Below, piece by piece: positions 27,401-35,998 of a DNA stretch of 64,000 nt. A program made the position numbers and the translations under genes. Position 1 is the stretch's first letter; the number at the start of each line of letters is the position of its first letter. The notes beneath the pieces are model-generated. The model searched no databases and was not told the origin of the DNA. It saw nothing but the letters and a program-made list of their open reading frames with translations. The DNA comes from Vicinamibacterales bacterium (lineage in GTDB: Bacteria; Acidobacteriota; Vicinamibacteria; Vicinamibacterales; 2-12-FULL-66-21): positions 12,325-76,324 of the forward strand of contig DATJFQ010000098.1 in NCBI GenBank assembly GCA_035495555.1, in the 5' to 3' direction.

Positions 27401-27588
27401 TGACGGAGCGCGGCGAGGGTCCGCCAACCAAAAATATCTACCCGATCTTCGAGGACCTGAAGAAGGAGCTCAAAGGCGAAACCGACAGATTGAACGCGGT
27501 CTATGGGAACGAGCTGAAGGCCTTCAATATCGAGGTGACGAACGCCGGCCTGGAGCCTGTGCAAGCCGGCTCTACCAGTGGAAAGTGA
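24412..27588 (+). CDS. secreted VPS10/sortilin-type BNR repeat protein, paralog 2
   Basis: AAGGAGGA precedes the ATG at 24412. Signal peptide MRRALIPVAAIAAAAGL. Collinear with paralog 1 (WKTVDGGDTW, KSADAGKTW, KSTDGGKTW ...). Confidence 0.85.
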   Translation: MRRALIPVAAIAAAAGLTLPLGASQATPATQTSTSPLDQAVAAAYHWRSIGPLRAGRSIAVSGVKGRPKEAYSGQTGGGLWKTVDGGDTWTPVTDGQVHSSSVGAVAVSESNPDVVYIGMGESCIRGNIQPGDGVYKSADAGKTWTHIGFDQSDAISRIRVHPTNPDIVFVADFGKYSVPSDERGVYKSTDGGKTWKRVLFRNDKTGAVDIAIDRRNPSVMFAALWEAYRVEYQMSSGGSGSGLFKSTDGGDTWTEITRAQGLPAGVDGKIGVAISGADSNRIYALIENEHGGLFSSDDAGATWKLANDGRNIRQRAFYYTHVIADPVNKDEVYVGNVGMFWSKDGGKTMVNFAGGDSHDLWVDPDDTNHIVHANDSGGAVSFNAQAAQRTWSSRDYPTGQFYHVISTKHVPYDVCGAQQDSSTICVASNTNLGAGGRGFGRGNVHEPYTAGGAEPGYIAPDPLDPDIIYAGGNNGSFLTRLDRRTNNEREVNPYPREFSGEASKDVVERWQWTYPIIFSQADPHVLFASSQHVWRTRDGGVTWERISGDLTRHDPKTMQDSGGPITHDMNSPEIYATVFALGPGKKNVDVLWAGSDDGLINVTRDGGKTWTNVTPKEMPDLGRVSIIDASAFDDGTAYVAVKKPLLNDFAPYIFRTHDFGATWTKIVNGIGAGDYVHAVREDPARKGLLYAGTQHGFYISYDDGDHWSMFNPGLPNAQVSDIWVEANSIAVSTHGRGFYVLDDIAPLRQAGTATASNGFTLYKPADVIRTGGPATISYLLTKPAETLTVEILDGKGDVVQTIPGRKPEEGRGGRGRGEGDPAAQGGGRGRGGNPTAPMNTGFNRVMWNLDYPSAVTFPNMILWGATTNGPMALPGTYQVKLTVDGVSQTQPITIVKHPLRDTSDAALQEQFDLAMQIRDKVSEANQAVIEIRRIKDAVADRLKKSDKRELKLVGDRLVAALSAVEQDVYQVKNQSGQDPLNFPIKTNNRLASLLGMTERGEGPPTKNIYPIFEDLKKELKGETDRLNAVYGNELKAFNIEVTNAGLEPVQAGSTSGK

Positions 27589-27686
27589 CAGCGACGCAAC
27601 CACACAACTCCGAACTGCGCAAGGCGGTTTCTGTTTTGGGAATTGACGCCTCGAGTAGTTGGTAGTTGCGAAGTTGCGAAGTTGTC
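27587..27686. repeat. imperfect inverted heptamer hairpin (CAACNNN arm versus TAGTTGG/CGAAGTT arm)
   Basis: Right arm GAGTAGTTGGTAGTTGCGAAGTTGCGAAGTTGTC. Left arm GACAGCGACGCAACCACACAACTCCGAACTGCGC is partly complementary. Between convergent gene ends. Confidence 0.6.
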
Positions 27687-29736
27687 ACTGCGCCAGTGTC
27701 AGCAGTACGACGCCATGCGTCGGGACCGTCGCGGTGAAGGTCCCATCCTTCACCGTACCTCCATCCTCGTGCGTCCAGGGATAATGCACCTTCGCGTTTG
27801 CTGACGCACCGACATCGGCGGTCCTCACCGAAACCGGCGCGTCGACCGGCCCACGATTGAAGAGGCCGACCGCCGTGCGGCCATCCGCCAGCGGCCGTGC
27901 CCAGACCTCGGTCCAGCCGTCGCTCGTCACGCGGTGCGCGGCCTTGCCGAGCGGGTCCTGATCGATCGCGATCACCTCGCGGTTGCCGAGCAGGTCGCGC
28001 GTGAAGTCGTCGATTTGCGACAGGTCGGCCCCGATCAGCAGCGGCGCCGCCTGCAAGGCCCACAACGAAATGTGTGTGAGCTGCTCGTCATAGGTGAGGT
28101 TCGTCGGCCGCGGTGGATCGATCCGCCCCCACCCGAGATGGCCGACCACGAGCATGTCGGTGTCGTTCCAGTGCCCGGGTCCGGCGTACTGCTCGTGCCC
28201 GGTTTGCTGGAAACCGATCGACGACATGGACGGCCAGGTATCGGTGATGTCGCCGGTCACGCGCCAGAGATTCCCGCCGACCTCGGCGCCCCATTCCCAG
28301 ACGTTTCCCCATCCGTACTGGCAGAGCGAGAAGACGAAGTCGCGATCGAGCGCGTCCAGAACGCCACGCATGACTTTGTACGGCTTCTCCAACGCATCGC
28401 GCGGGGCGTTCCGATCGCGCGGTTCCACCTCGCTGTACGCGCACCAGTCGTATTTGATGTAGTCGAACCCCCACTTCGCCCACGTGCGGGCGTCCTGCGC
28501 TTCGTGCTGGTAACTCCCCGCGAGTCCCTGACAGGTCGCCGGGCCTGGGCCCGAATAGATGCCCGCCTTCAATCCCTTCGCGTGGATGTAATCGACGAGC
28601 CCTTTCATGTCCGGAAATTTCTCGTTGGTGAGGATCTCCCCGTCGGGCGCGCGCCCGGCAGCCCGGTCGTTGCGGCCGTTCGGACCCTTGTGCCACCCGG
28701 CCTCCCAGGCGTCGTCGATGTTGATGTAGGTATAGCCTTGCGCGGCGAGGCCGCTGCTGACCATCGCGTCAGCCGCGGCGCGGACATGGTCCGCGGTGAC
28801 GTTGCCGCCCCACACGTTCCACGAGTTCCACCCGAGCGGCGGCGTGAGCGCGAGCGCGTGATGGCCGCCGACGATCGTGATGACCGCACTGCTCGTCTGT
28901 CCGGCCGCGTTGCGAACCGTTACCGGCACGTCCGTGCGTCCGGCGGACTGGAGCGATCCGGTAATGATGCCGGTCGTCGGGTCGAGCGTCAGTCCAGGCG
29001 GCAGGTTCTTCGCGGAGAAGGTCAGCTCGCCGGCGCCCGACGCCGGAATGCGGAACAGGAACGGACGGCCCGGCGTGGCTCCGGTAATACGCGGGAAGTT
29101 GATCATCGGGGCGGCGCTGCGGCTCGGGGCAATGCGCGGCGGCGGCCCGCTTCGATGCACCACCATCGGCCCGTGCTCGCCCGGTCTCATGATGAGGAGC
29201 GCGCCGCCCCATTCCGCCGTATCGTTCCCGGTTCCGTCGTTCGCATCGTTCATGGCGAGCACGAGCGAACGGGCGCCGGCGAGGTCGATCGAGACCGGTT
29301 TCGGCGCGGCACCGCCGCGCATGAGGCCGCTGTCGAACACCTTCTTGCCATCGACCCACGCGCCGAACAGGACGCTGCCGGACCCGGCCGCGACCGAGTC
29401 GTCCAACGCGACGACCGCATCGAATCGCACCGCCTGACCACCCAGGGCGAGTTCGATGGCGCCGTCGGAGACGAGCGGGAGCGCATGCGCGTAAGTTGCG
29501 CCGCCGAGCGAGACTTTCAGGGGCGGCGGCGTTCCTGTCTGCCCCCGCGGGAGCCGCGGACGGCGGAGGGCCTCCTTCGAGAGATCGAGCGAATCGATCC
29601 AGAACCCGTTCGACGGCGCATCGGATCGCTGCAGCGTCGCGGCGTCCTGCGCGGAGATCCCGATGGTCATCACGGCGGCAACGGCGATAGATACACCGGC
29701 GGCCGCGCAAGCGATGGGCACGTGCATTCGGATCAT
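27685..29736 (-). CDS. GH27 alpha-galactosidase with N-terminal NPCBM-like and Ig-like domains
   Basis: Signal peptide. Catalytic domain TPPLGWNSWNVWG...YTYINIDDAWE...GLKAGIYS..G..TC. The N-terminal carbohydrate-binding-like module has ..NDANDGTGND.AEW. Confidence 0.9.
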   Translation of the reverse strand: MIRMHVPIACAAAGVSIAVAAVMTIGISAQDAATLQRSDAPSNGFWIDSLDLSKEALRRPRLPRGQTGTPPPLKVSLGGATYAHALPLVSDGAIELALGGQAVRFDAVVALDDSVAAGSGSVLFGAWVDGKKVFDSGLMRGGAAPKPVSIDLAGARSLVLAMNDANDGTGNDTAEWGGALLIMRPGEHGPMVVHRSGPPPRIAPSRSAAPMINFPRITGATPGRPFLFRIPASGAGELTFSAKNLPPGLTLDPTTGIITGSLQSAGRTDVPVTVRNAAGQTSSAVITIVGGHHALALTPPLGWNSWNVWGGNVTADHVRAAADAMVSSGLAAQGYTYINIDDAWEAGWHKGPNGRNDRAAGRAPDGEILTNEKFPDMKGLVDYIHAKGLKAGIYSGPGPATCQGLAGSYQHEAQDARTWAKWGFDYIKYDWCAYSEVEPRDRNAPRDALEKPYKVMRGVLDALDRDFVFSLCQYGWGNVWEWGAEVGGNLWRVTGDITDTWPSMSSIGFQQTGHEQYAGPGHWNDTDMLVVGHLGWGRIDPPRPTNLTYDEQLTHISLWALQAAPLLIGADLSQIDDFTRDLLGNREVIAIDQDPLGKAAHRVTSDGWTEVWARPLADGRTAVGLFNRGPVDAPVSVRTADVGASANAKVHYPWTHEDGGTVKDGTFTATVPTHGVVLLTLAQ

Positions 29737-29761
29737 GCCGCGGATTGTAATGCGCTCGGGG

Positions 29762-29846
29762 GAAATTGCAGATTTCGGGTTGCAGATTGCGGATTGATTG
29801 CTAATTTCCTAATCAATCTCGAATCTGCAATCTACAATCTGCACTC
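29762..29846. repeat. inverted heptamer hairpin (TGCAGAT/TGCGGAT arm versus ATCTGCA/ATCTACA arm)
   Basis: GAAATTGCAGATTTCGGGTTGCAGATTGCGGATTGATTG...CAATCTCGAATCTGCAATCTACAATCTGCA. Lies in the divergent promoter region. Confidence 0.8.
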
Positions 29847-29855
29847 GCCACAGCG

Positions 29856-32800
29856 ATGCAGTACCAGCCAATCGCCATCGTCGCGGTCCTCGTCCCGGCA
29901 CTCGTTCCTGCGGTCTGGTGGGGCGTCGAGACGCACCGGCTCCTGCGTCGTCCGGACGATCCGCTGCTGCCCGAGCGGCTGCTCGCGGCACGCCGCCGCG
30001 CGGCGGTCGTCCTCATGTTCTCGTTGGGCATCATCGCCGGCGTGAAGACGATCGCCCTGTGGTGGGCCGTACCGTTCGCGCTCGTGAGCCGCGCCGCGGC
30101 CGGGTTCCGGCTTCGGCGGCGGCTCTATGAGGAGACCTGGGGATTCTGGACCATGGTCTCGTTCGCGACCCGGCTGATCGTCGGCGTCTACGGCTTTCAT
30201 CTCACCTTACTTGCGCTCCCGTTCATCGTCTCTGCGGCGGGCCGGCACGTGTGGCTGGCATCCGGGTTCGCGGCGGCAGTGCTGCTCGCCTGGGCGCACT
30301 GGTACTCGCCGCTGCTGCGTGTGCTGCTCCGTACGGCGCCCGTGGGCGACGAAACGCTGGTGCGCGCCTTCTCTGATCTCGTCGCGCGCGCCGGCGTCGC
30401 AGCCCCGCGATTCGAGTCCGTGGACATGCGTGGAGGATCGCTGACGAACGCCATCGCGCTGGCGGCGCTGAACGGATCGTCCGTGGTGTTCACCTCCCCG
30501 CTGCTCGAGCGGTTGCAGACCGACGAGATCGTCGCGATTGCCGCGCACGAGATCGCGCACCTGGAGTACTACTCGCCGCGACGCCTGTGGCAGTACCGGC
30601 TCGTCCAGTGGTCGCTCATTCTCATCGGCGCGTTCGCGTTCCGCTTCTGGCCCGCCAGCCTGCCGGCATGGGAGCAGGCCTTCGTCTGGTTCGCGCTCAT
30701 TGTCGCGATGCTCGGATGGCGCGCCCGCAGACGCCAGCAGAACGAGACGGAGAGCGACCGCCGCGCGGTCGGACTGACCGGCACACCAGACGCGCTTGCG
30801 CGAGGCCTGACGAAGCTGAACACGTTCGCGCGCCTGCCCCGCCGATGGGACGCCGCGTTCGAGCGCCGCGCCACGCATCCGAGCCTCGCGCGACGCATTC
30901 GGGACATCTACGCAGCCGCCGGCGTGACGCCGGTCACCCGCGACATCGCCGAAGTCTTCGTCAGCGAAGCGACGGCCACTCGCGTCACCTTCGGGCCCGA
31001 CGAACTGCGGTGGGCCCGCGACGGCGCACAGCACCACCTGCGCTACGGCGCGCTTTCGGAACTTCGCGTGCTGGCCCGCCGCGGCGACACGGCACTGCTC
31101 GTCGCTGCCGACCGGTTCGGACATCGCTGGGAAATGCCGCTCGACGCGGCCGACATCGGGCGTGCGCAATCCGTCCTCGACACGGTCGACGTTCATCTCG
31201 TCGCGCACGAACCGCCGCCGACAATCAGTGGCGCGGCACGATGGGCCGCCTTCCTGGCCGCGCTGCTCGCCTTGACTTCGGGCCAGTTCGGGTATGCACT
31301 GGTGGCGCTCCTGACGAGTGTGGCCGCCAGCACGCGCCTGTTAGCCGCAACGGCGGTAGCATCCGCCGCGGCCGGCGTGATCGCGATTCGCGACGGCAGA
31401 GTCGAGCGGGGCATCGGGTTCCTGGCCATCGCCGCGATATTCGGCCTCTTCACGATCCTGTACAGGCGCGGCGTGAGCAATCCGCTGGATCGACGCGCGC
31501 TCGCGATGATGACCGTGGCGACCGCGCTCGCGCTCCTCCTGATCCTCGACAACGGCATCGGCGCTTACAGGCTGCATCAGGCTGCCCGCTCAGTGCCCGA
31601 CGCCGCGATCCTTCTGCTCGCGACCGCGGCGGCGATCCGCGTGACGGCGCGGCGGCGCGCGACGCGGTACGCGGTGCTGCTGCTCGCGCTCGCCGGTCTC
31701 GGCCTCGCATTTGCCGGTTCGTCCGCGTACGTGAACGGCTTCGTGAACGACCCGATGCTGGTGCGCGCACCGGCGCTCGAGGCTGTCCACATCACCGCCG
31801 CTCCCCTCGCGACCATGGCTGTGCCATTCGATCCGTCGGACCTCACGTTGTCGCCCGACGGCACCCGCGTCATGCTGTGGCGCGACGAGGAAGAGGTCAC
31901 CGATCAACCGGGCAACGACTGGACGGTGCAGATCGGTACCGTGGGCGGCAATCTCTCTCGTACGAAGGCGGACGATGCCGTGTTCCTGCCAGGTGGAGAG
32001 GTGCTCGCGGTCGCGTTCGACGCGGAGGGCGCGGAACTTCGGAAGAGCGTTGCCGGCGCCGCGCCGTCGTGGCGGACGCGCGCGACCGGAATCGTCGCGG
32101 GCAGACTGACGGTTGACGGCGGCGGGCACCACTGGACGATTGTCGGCTGGGACGGCCGACAGCAGCCCGTCAAGGGCACCGGCACGGTGGGGACGACGCA
32201 GATAGATGTCGCCCGGTGGTCAGCCGTCCCCGGGATTCGCTACACCAACGTCGCATCGACCGGTGGAATCGCGACGGTGCTCGAGCAGCATTACCGGAGG
32301 TCGCCCGTTTCGTGGACGTTGGCGCGATGGGGGCTGCAGCTGCCGTACGAATCGCACACACGCGTGTGGCGGCTGGATGGCCACGGGCGGACCCTGGTGG
32401 CCGACTCCGAGCTGCAGATCGCGTGCGCGGCTGCCGTGGCGCCCGACGCGTTCACCTGCGCCGCATACGACGGCACGCGAACACGCATCTCAACGCTCGC
32501 GATCACCTCCGGCCGGATCCTTCCGCTTGCGATCGTGCGCGGACGATTCACACCGTTTGTCGCGCACGCCGCGGCCGGATGGCTCACCGGCTGGCGCGAC
32601 CGGTCCCCGGTGGCGATCCGGCTCGATCCGCTGACCGCGTATGACGTGCCGGTCAATCAGGGAGAGTACGTACGCAGCATTGCGGGTGCTGGCGATCGTC
32701 TCGCGGCGATCGAATCCAACGGCGATCACTCGAGGATTGCCGTCTACGCGCTCCCGACGAGCGCCGCCGGAGCTACCCACGCGCGAGCGGGGCGCCCCGC

Positions 32801-32948
32801 CCGCCTGCGCGTCCCTTATTTCGAGCGCTTCCCGCGACCGGAACCGGCGGTCATCGCGCGTGGCGACGGCGCGGCCGATGCCATGTCGTTCCAATTCATC
32901 AGCGCGTTGAACACGAGGTTGAATTCGCCGTGGTTCTGCCAGCGGTAG
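29856..32948 (+). CDS. M48-family zinc metallopeptidase fused to extra TM segments and a large C-terminal domain
   Basis: HEIAHL zinc motif with a downstream E..ESDRRA, plus HPSLARRI. Many hydrophobic helices. The last ~130 nt overlap the convergent M14 gene. Confidence 0.75.
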   Translation: MQYQPIAIVAVLVPALVPAVWWGVETHRLLRRPDDPLLPERLLAARRRAAVVLMFSLGIIAGVKTIALWWAVPFALVSRAAAGFRLRRRLYEETWGFWTMVSFATRLIVGVYGFHLTLLALPFIVSAAGRHVWLASGFAAAVLLAWAHWYSPLLRVLLRTAPVGDETLVRAFSDLVARAGVAAPRFESVDMRGGSLTNAIALAALNGSSVVFTSPLLERLQTDEIVAIAAHEIAHLEYYSPRRLWQYRLVQWSLILIGAFAFRFWPASLPAWEQAFVWFALIVAMLGWRARRRQQNETESDRRAVGLTGTPDALARGLTKLNTFARLPRRWDAAFERRATHPSLARRIRDIYAAAGVTPVTRDIAEVFVSEATATRVTFGPDELRWARDGAQHHLRYGALSELRVLARRGDTALLVAADRFGHRWEMPLDAADIGRAQSVLDTVDVHLVAHEPPPTISGAARWAAFLAALLALTSGQFGYALVALLTSVAASTRLLAATAVASAAAGVIAIRDGRVERGIGFLAIAAIFGLFTILYRRGVSNPLDRRALAMMTVATALALLLILDNGIGAYRLHQAARSVPDAAILLLATAAAIRVTARRRATRYAVLLLALAGLGLAFAGSSAYVNGFVNDPMLVRAPALEAVHITAAPLATMAVPFDPSDLTLSPDGTRVMLWRDEEEVTDQPGNDWTVQIGTVGGNLSRTKADDAVFLPGGEVLAVAFDAEGAELRKSVAGAAPSWRTRATGIVAGRLTVDGGGHHWTIVGWDGRQQPVKGTGTVGTTQIDVARWSAVPGIRYTNVASTGGIATVLEQHYRRSPVSWTLARWGLQLPYESHTRVWRLDGHGRTLVADSELQIACAAAVAPDAFTCAAYDGTRTRISTLAITSGRILPLAIVRGRFTPFVAHAAAGWLTGWRDRSPVAIRLDPLTAYDVPVNQGEYVRSIAGAGDRLAAIESNGDHSRIAVYALPTSAAGATHARAGRPARLRVPYFERFPRPEPAVIARGDGAADAMSFQFISALNTRLNSPWFCQR

Positions 32949-35884
32949 ATCGGGTTGTTGGCGAACATGATGATCCGCCCTTTGCCCGCGAACCCTCCAG
33001 GCACGTCGACCGCGAAGGCTTTGTCGCGGATTTCGTCGGCTCCGCGCATCAGCCCTGTCAGCACGGACGCCTCCCCGCCGATGTAGCGGCCCAGCACGAA
33101 CGCCTGGTCGCTGCCCTGAACCGTCAGCAGCGGCCCCCCCAGGTATTTGATCGGGAGCGTCTCGTCCGAATACCCGTAGAACACCGGGTGATCGCGCTTG
33201 ACGATTTCGGCGCTGACGATCGGCCGCGGCGCATAGAAGTTCGCGGAGGTGGAGGTCGCATCGACCGTACGGGCCAGCCCGAATTCCGCCGGGAACCGCG
33301 AGGCCTCTCCCATCGTGATGAGCGTCCCGCCGGCGTCGAGGAACTTGGCGATCGCATCGACGCCGTCGCCGCCCATGCCGCCGGTGATGTCCGGCGACTC
33401 GCCATACATCCCCAGGAACTTGTATTTCGCGCTCTTCACGTACGGCACCGGGCGCGCCGCGGGCGGCGCGAACACCGCCTGGCGCGTGGCCTGCTGCGTC
33501 GGCATTACGATCACGTCGTACTGATTCCGCAGGTTCCCCTGCTGGAGGCGCTCTTTGAAAATCAGATCGTACGGAATGCCGAACTTGTCGAACGTGTACC
33601 GCACCCAGCCGATTTCCTGCGTGCCGTTCCACGAGGAGAGCATCGCGATGCGCGGCAGGTCCGCATCGTGCATCGGCACTGTGGGCGCCGCATTCAGCCC
33701 GGCCGCGGTGAGCCCCAGCTCCTCGACCGCCACCTTCACCCGCGCGCTGTCCGCCGGCGGCGTGATCACGAACGAACCTGCCGGGAACTCCGTGTCGTCG
33801 GCCGTAAAGCTCTTCTCGGCGATCTTCATCGGCACGTCTTTGAGCCGGTAGCGGAAGGCGATCATGTTATTGGAGCCGTAGTCCGCGACGGCGATCGCCG
33901 CCGGGCCGGTGCCCACAATTCTGCCTTTCGCGATGGCCTCGTTGACCGGCGTCACCGGCACGTCGAGGATCGCCTTGTCCTTGATTTCCTTCACATCGAC
34001 CAGCATCGCAAGGCCCATCGTCCAGCCGCTGTCGTCGTAGGTCGTCAAGTTCGGATCGGGATAGTCCTGCTTCTCGAGCAGGTTTTTCGCCAGACGCCCG
34101 TACGGCTGGTTCCGCTTGATGACGTACGAACCGGCGGGGAACGTCCCGTCGGTCGTCTTGATCTCCGACGTGGCCTGCCCGACTTCGATTCGCTGAACGC
34201 GCATGATGTTGACGAGGGTCGCGGCGCGCGTCATGTCACGCGTGACCGGAATGACGTAGCCGTACGGCGCGTCCTTGCTGCCCGAGTCAATCGAGTTCTG
34301 CGTCTTGCGATAGAAGTTCTCGAGCACCAGGTTGGGGAACATGGACGTCAGCTGCAGCCCCGACAGCACACCGGTCTCCATGTAGTTCGTGTTGTTGCGG
34401 CGCGAGAAGTTCTGCAGCGCGTCGGGCGGAATCGGAAGCCCGCGGTACCACTCGCGCGGCTGGCTGCCGCCGCGACCCGTCGGGACCGAGGTCCGCGCAA
34501 ACCCGGTCGTGATTGCGCCTGCAGCGGTCGGATCGACGCCGCGTGCCGGCGCGCCGCCTGCGGAACGTCCGCCGCGCCCTTCCCCTCGGGCGCCCCGTGC
34601 GGTCCCGGTCGCAGGCTGGCCGCCCGATGCGGCTTCGCTCGCGGTGGTTTCAGCAGCGGCGCCTCCACGCGCAGGCGCCGCCCCGGCCGGTGCGTTTTCG
34701 CGGCCGCTTTGCGTCTCGTACATGCGCATCATGCCGTTGTGGTTGTAGGCGACGGAGCCGAGATAGCCGGGCGACCACCCGTCCATGAACGCGTGCGTGT
34801 AAACGCCGGGCATGCCCCACTTCGTCATCTGCTCCAACTCGAAGTTCGAGAAAAACGGCAGCTCCGCGAAGAGGATGGGATCGAGATTGGGATTCTGCGG
34901 GGGGCCGCCGCTGTAGGTGTACATGAGCGGCTGCGCCTCGTGGAGGTCGTGCATGATCGGCGGATGCGCGGTGAAGTACCAGTCGACGATCGCGCGCATC
35001 GACACCTGCGACAGATTGATGTCGCGATTGTTGTCGTGGTACACGTACTTGCCCCAGTACGGAAGCTGCGCTCCCCCGCGCCCTGCGCCCGCCCCGCGTC
35101 CGCCGCCCGCCACCGCGCCGCGGCCCTGATCCGCTCCACGGCCCTGTTCGCCGCCACGCCCTGTCGCGGCTGGCGCCGCCGCTGACGCCGGCGGATTCTG
35201 CGCGAGCCGTTCCTGCTCGCTGTAGAACCAGTCGACGTTGCGGTCGCGGCCGTCGGGATCGGCCACCGGCGTAATCGAGACGTAGACGTGATCGCGGATC
35301 TGGTCGATGAGCGGGGAGGTCTCCGTCGCAATGCGATACGCGAGCTCCATCAACATCTCGGACGGGCCGGTCTCCCCGCTGTGCAGGCCGCCCATCAGGT
35401 GATACTCGGGTTTGGTCGTCGCGATGAGCTGCTTGATCTGATCCGGTGAGAGCCCGCGCGGGTCGGCGATCTTCGCCAGGTTGTCGCGGTTCTGCTGCAG
35501 GTTCCGCATGTTCTCGTCGGACGAGACCCACACGACGACGAGCTCGCGGTCTTCATCCGAGCGGCCGATCGTCTCCACCTTGACGCGCGGCGTGGCCGCG
35601 GCCAGCGCGCGGTAGTACTTCAGGATGTCGGCGTAATACGTCAGCTTGTACGGCGCGCCGATGTGGTAGCCAAGCACGTCTTTGGGGCTCGGGATCCCGG
35701 CGACCTTCGGCAGATGGTCGACGAGGGGACTGATGTAGTACGGTTTCGTCGTCCATTCCTTGACCGATTTCGCGAAGTCTTCGTCCTGCGTCTGCGCCGG
35801 ATCGCGCGTTTCCGTCACCATCTGCTGCGCCGGCAGCGACACGACCGCGGCGAGCAGCGCTGCGCCGACCAGGAACCTTCTCAT
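32816..35884 (-). CDS. M14-family zinc carboxypeptidase-like protein, large secreted form
   Basis: ATG at 35884 gives MRRFLVGAALLAAVVSLPAQQ. HSGE zinc motif in LMGGLHSGETGPSE. Contains Gly/Arg-rich low-complexity inserts. Confidence 0.85.
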   Translation of the reverse strand: MRRFLVGAALLAAVVSLPAQQMVTETRDPAQTQDEDFAKSVKEWTTKPYYISPLVDHLPKVAGIPSPKDVLGYHIGAPYKLTYYADILKYYRALAAATPRVKVETIGRSDEDRELVVVWVSSDENMRNLQQNRDNLAKIADPRGLSPDQIKQLIATTKPEYHLMGGLHSGETGPSEMLMELAYRIATETSPLIDQIRDHVYVSITPVADPDGRDRNVDWFYSEQERLAQNPPASAAAPAATGRGGEQGRGADQGRGAVAGGGRGAGAGRGGAQLPYWGKYVYHDNNRDINLSQVSMRAIVDWYFTAHPPIMHDLHEAQPLMYTYSGGPPQNPNLDPILFAELPFFSNFELEQMTKWGMPGVYTHAFMDGWSPGYLGSVAYNHNGMMRMYETQSGRENAPAGAAPARGGAAAETTASEAASGGQPATGTARGARGEGRGGRSAGGAPARGVDPTAAGAITTGFARTSVPTGRGGSQPREWYRGLPIPPDALQNFSRRNNTNYMETGVLSGLQLTSMFPNLVLENFYRKTQNSIDSGSKDAPYGYVIPVTRDMTRAATLVNIMRVQRIEVGQATSEIKTTDGTFPAGSYVIKRNQPYGRLAKNLLEKQDYPDPNLTTYDDSGWTMGLAMLVDVKEIKDKAILDVPVTPVNEAIAKGRIVGTGPAAIAVADYGSNNMIAFRYRLKDVPMKIAEKSFTADDTEFPAGSFVITPPADSARVKVAVEELGLTAAGLNAAPTVPMHDADLPRIAMLSSWNGTQEIGWVRYTFDKFGIPYDLIFKERLQQGNLRNQYDVIVMPTQQATRQAVFAPPAARPVPYVKSAKYKFLGMYGESPDITGGMGGDGVDAIAKFLDAGGTLITMGEASRFPAEFGLARTVDATSTSANFYAPRPIVSAEIVKRDHPVFYGYSDETLPIKYLGGPLLTVQGSDQAFVLGRYIGGEASVLTGLMRGADEIRDKAFAVDVPGGFAGKGRIIMFANNPIYRWQNHGEFNLVFNALMNWNDMASAAPSPRAMTAGSGRGKRSK

Positions 35885-35903
35885 TGCCAGTCTCCTTCGC
35901 GTG

Positions 35904-35991
35904 CTAGTCCCCTGGAAACGTGATGCATCACACAAGTCCCGGGCGCCGCGCTCCGGGACTTGTGCAACGCGTCACGTTTCCAGGGGACTAG
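35904..35991. repeat. two-tier near-perfect palindrome in a divergent intergenic region
   Basis: Outer 20-bp arms CTAGTCCCCTGGAAACGTGA (35904-23) and TCACGTTTCCAGGGGACTAG (35972-91). Inner 12-bp arms CACAAGTCCCGG (35931-42) and CCGGGACTTGTG (35953-64). Confidence 0.9.
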
Positions 35992-35998
35992 AGCGCGC

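Noticed and set aside
35885-35998. N-terminal extensions MCDASRFQGT.. (minus strand, from 35935) and MCNASRFQGT.. (plus strand, from 35960)
   Set aside because: These are mirror-image peptides produced by the palindrome itself. The downstream ATGs at 35884 and 35999 give a proper signal peptide and a proper domain start respectively.
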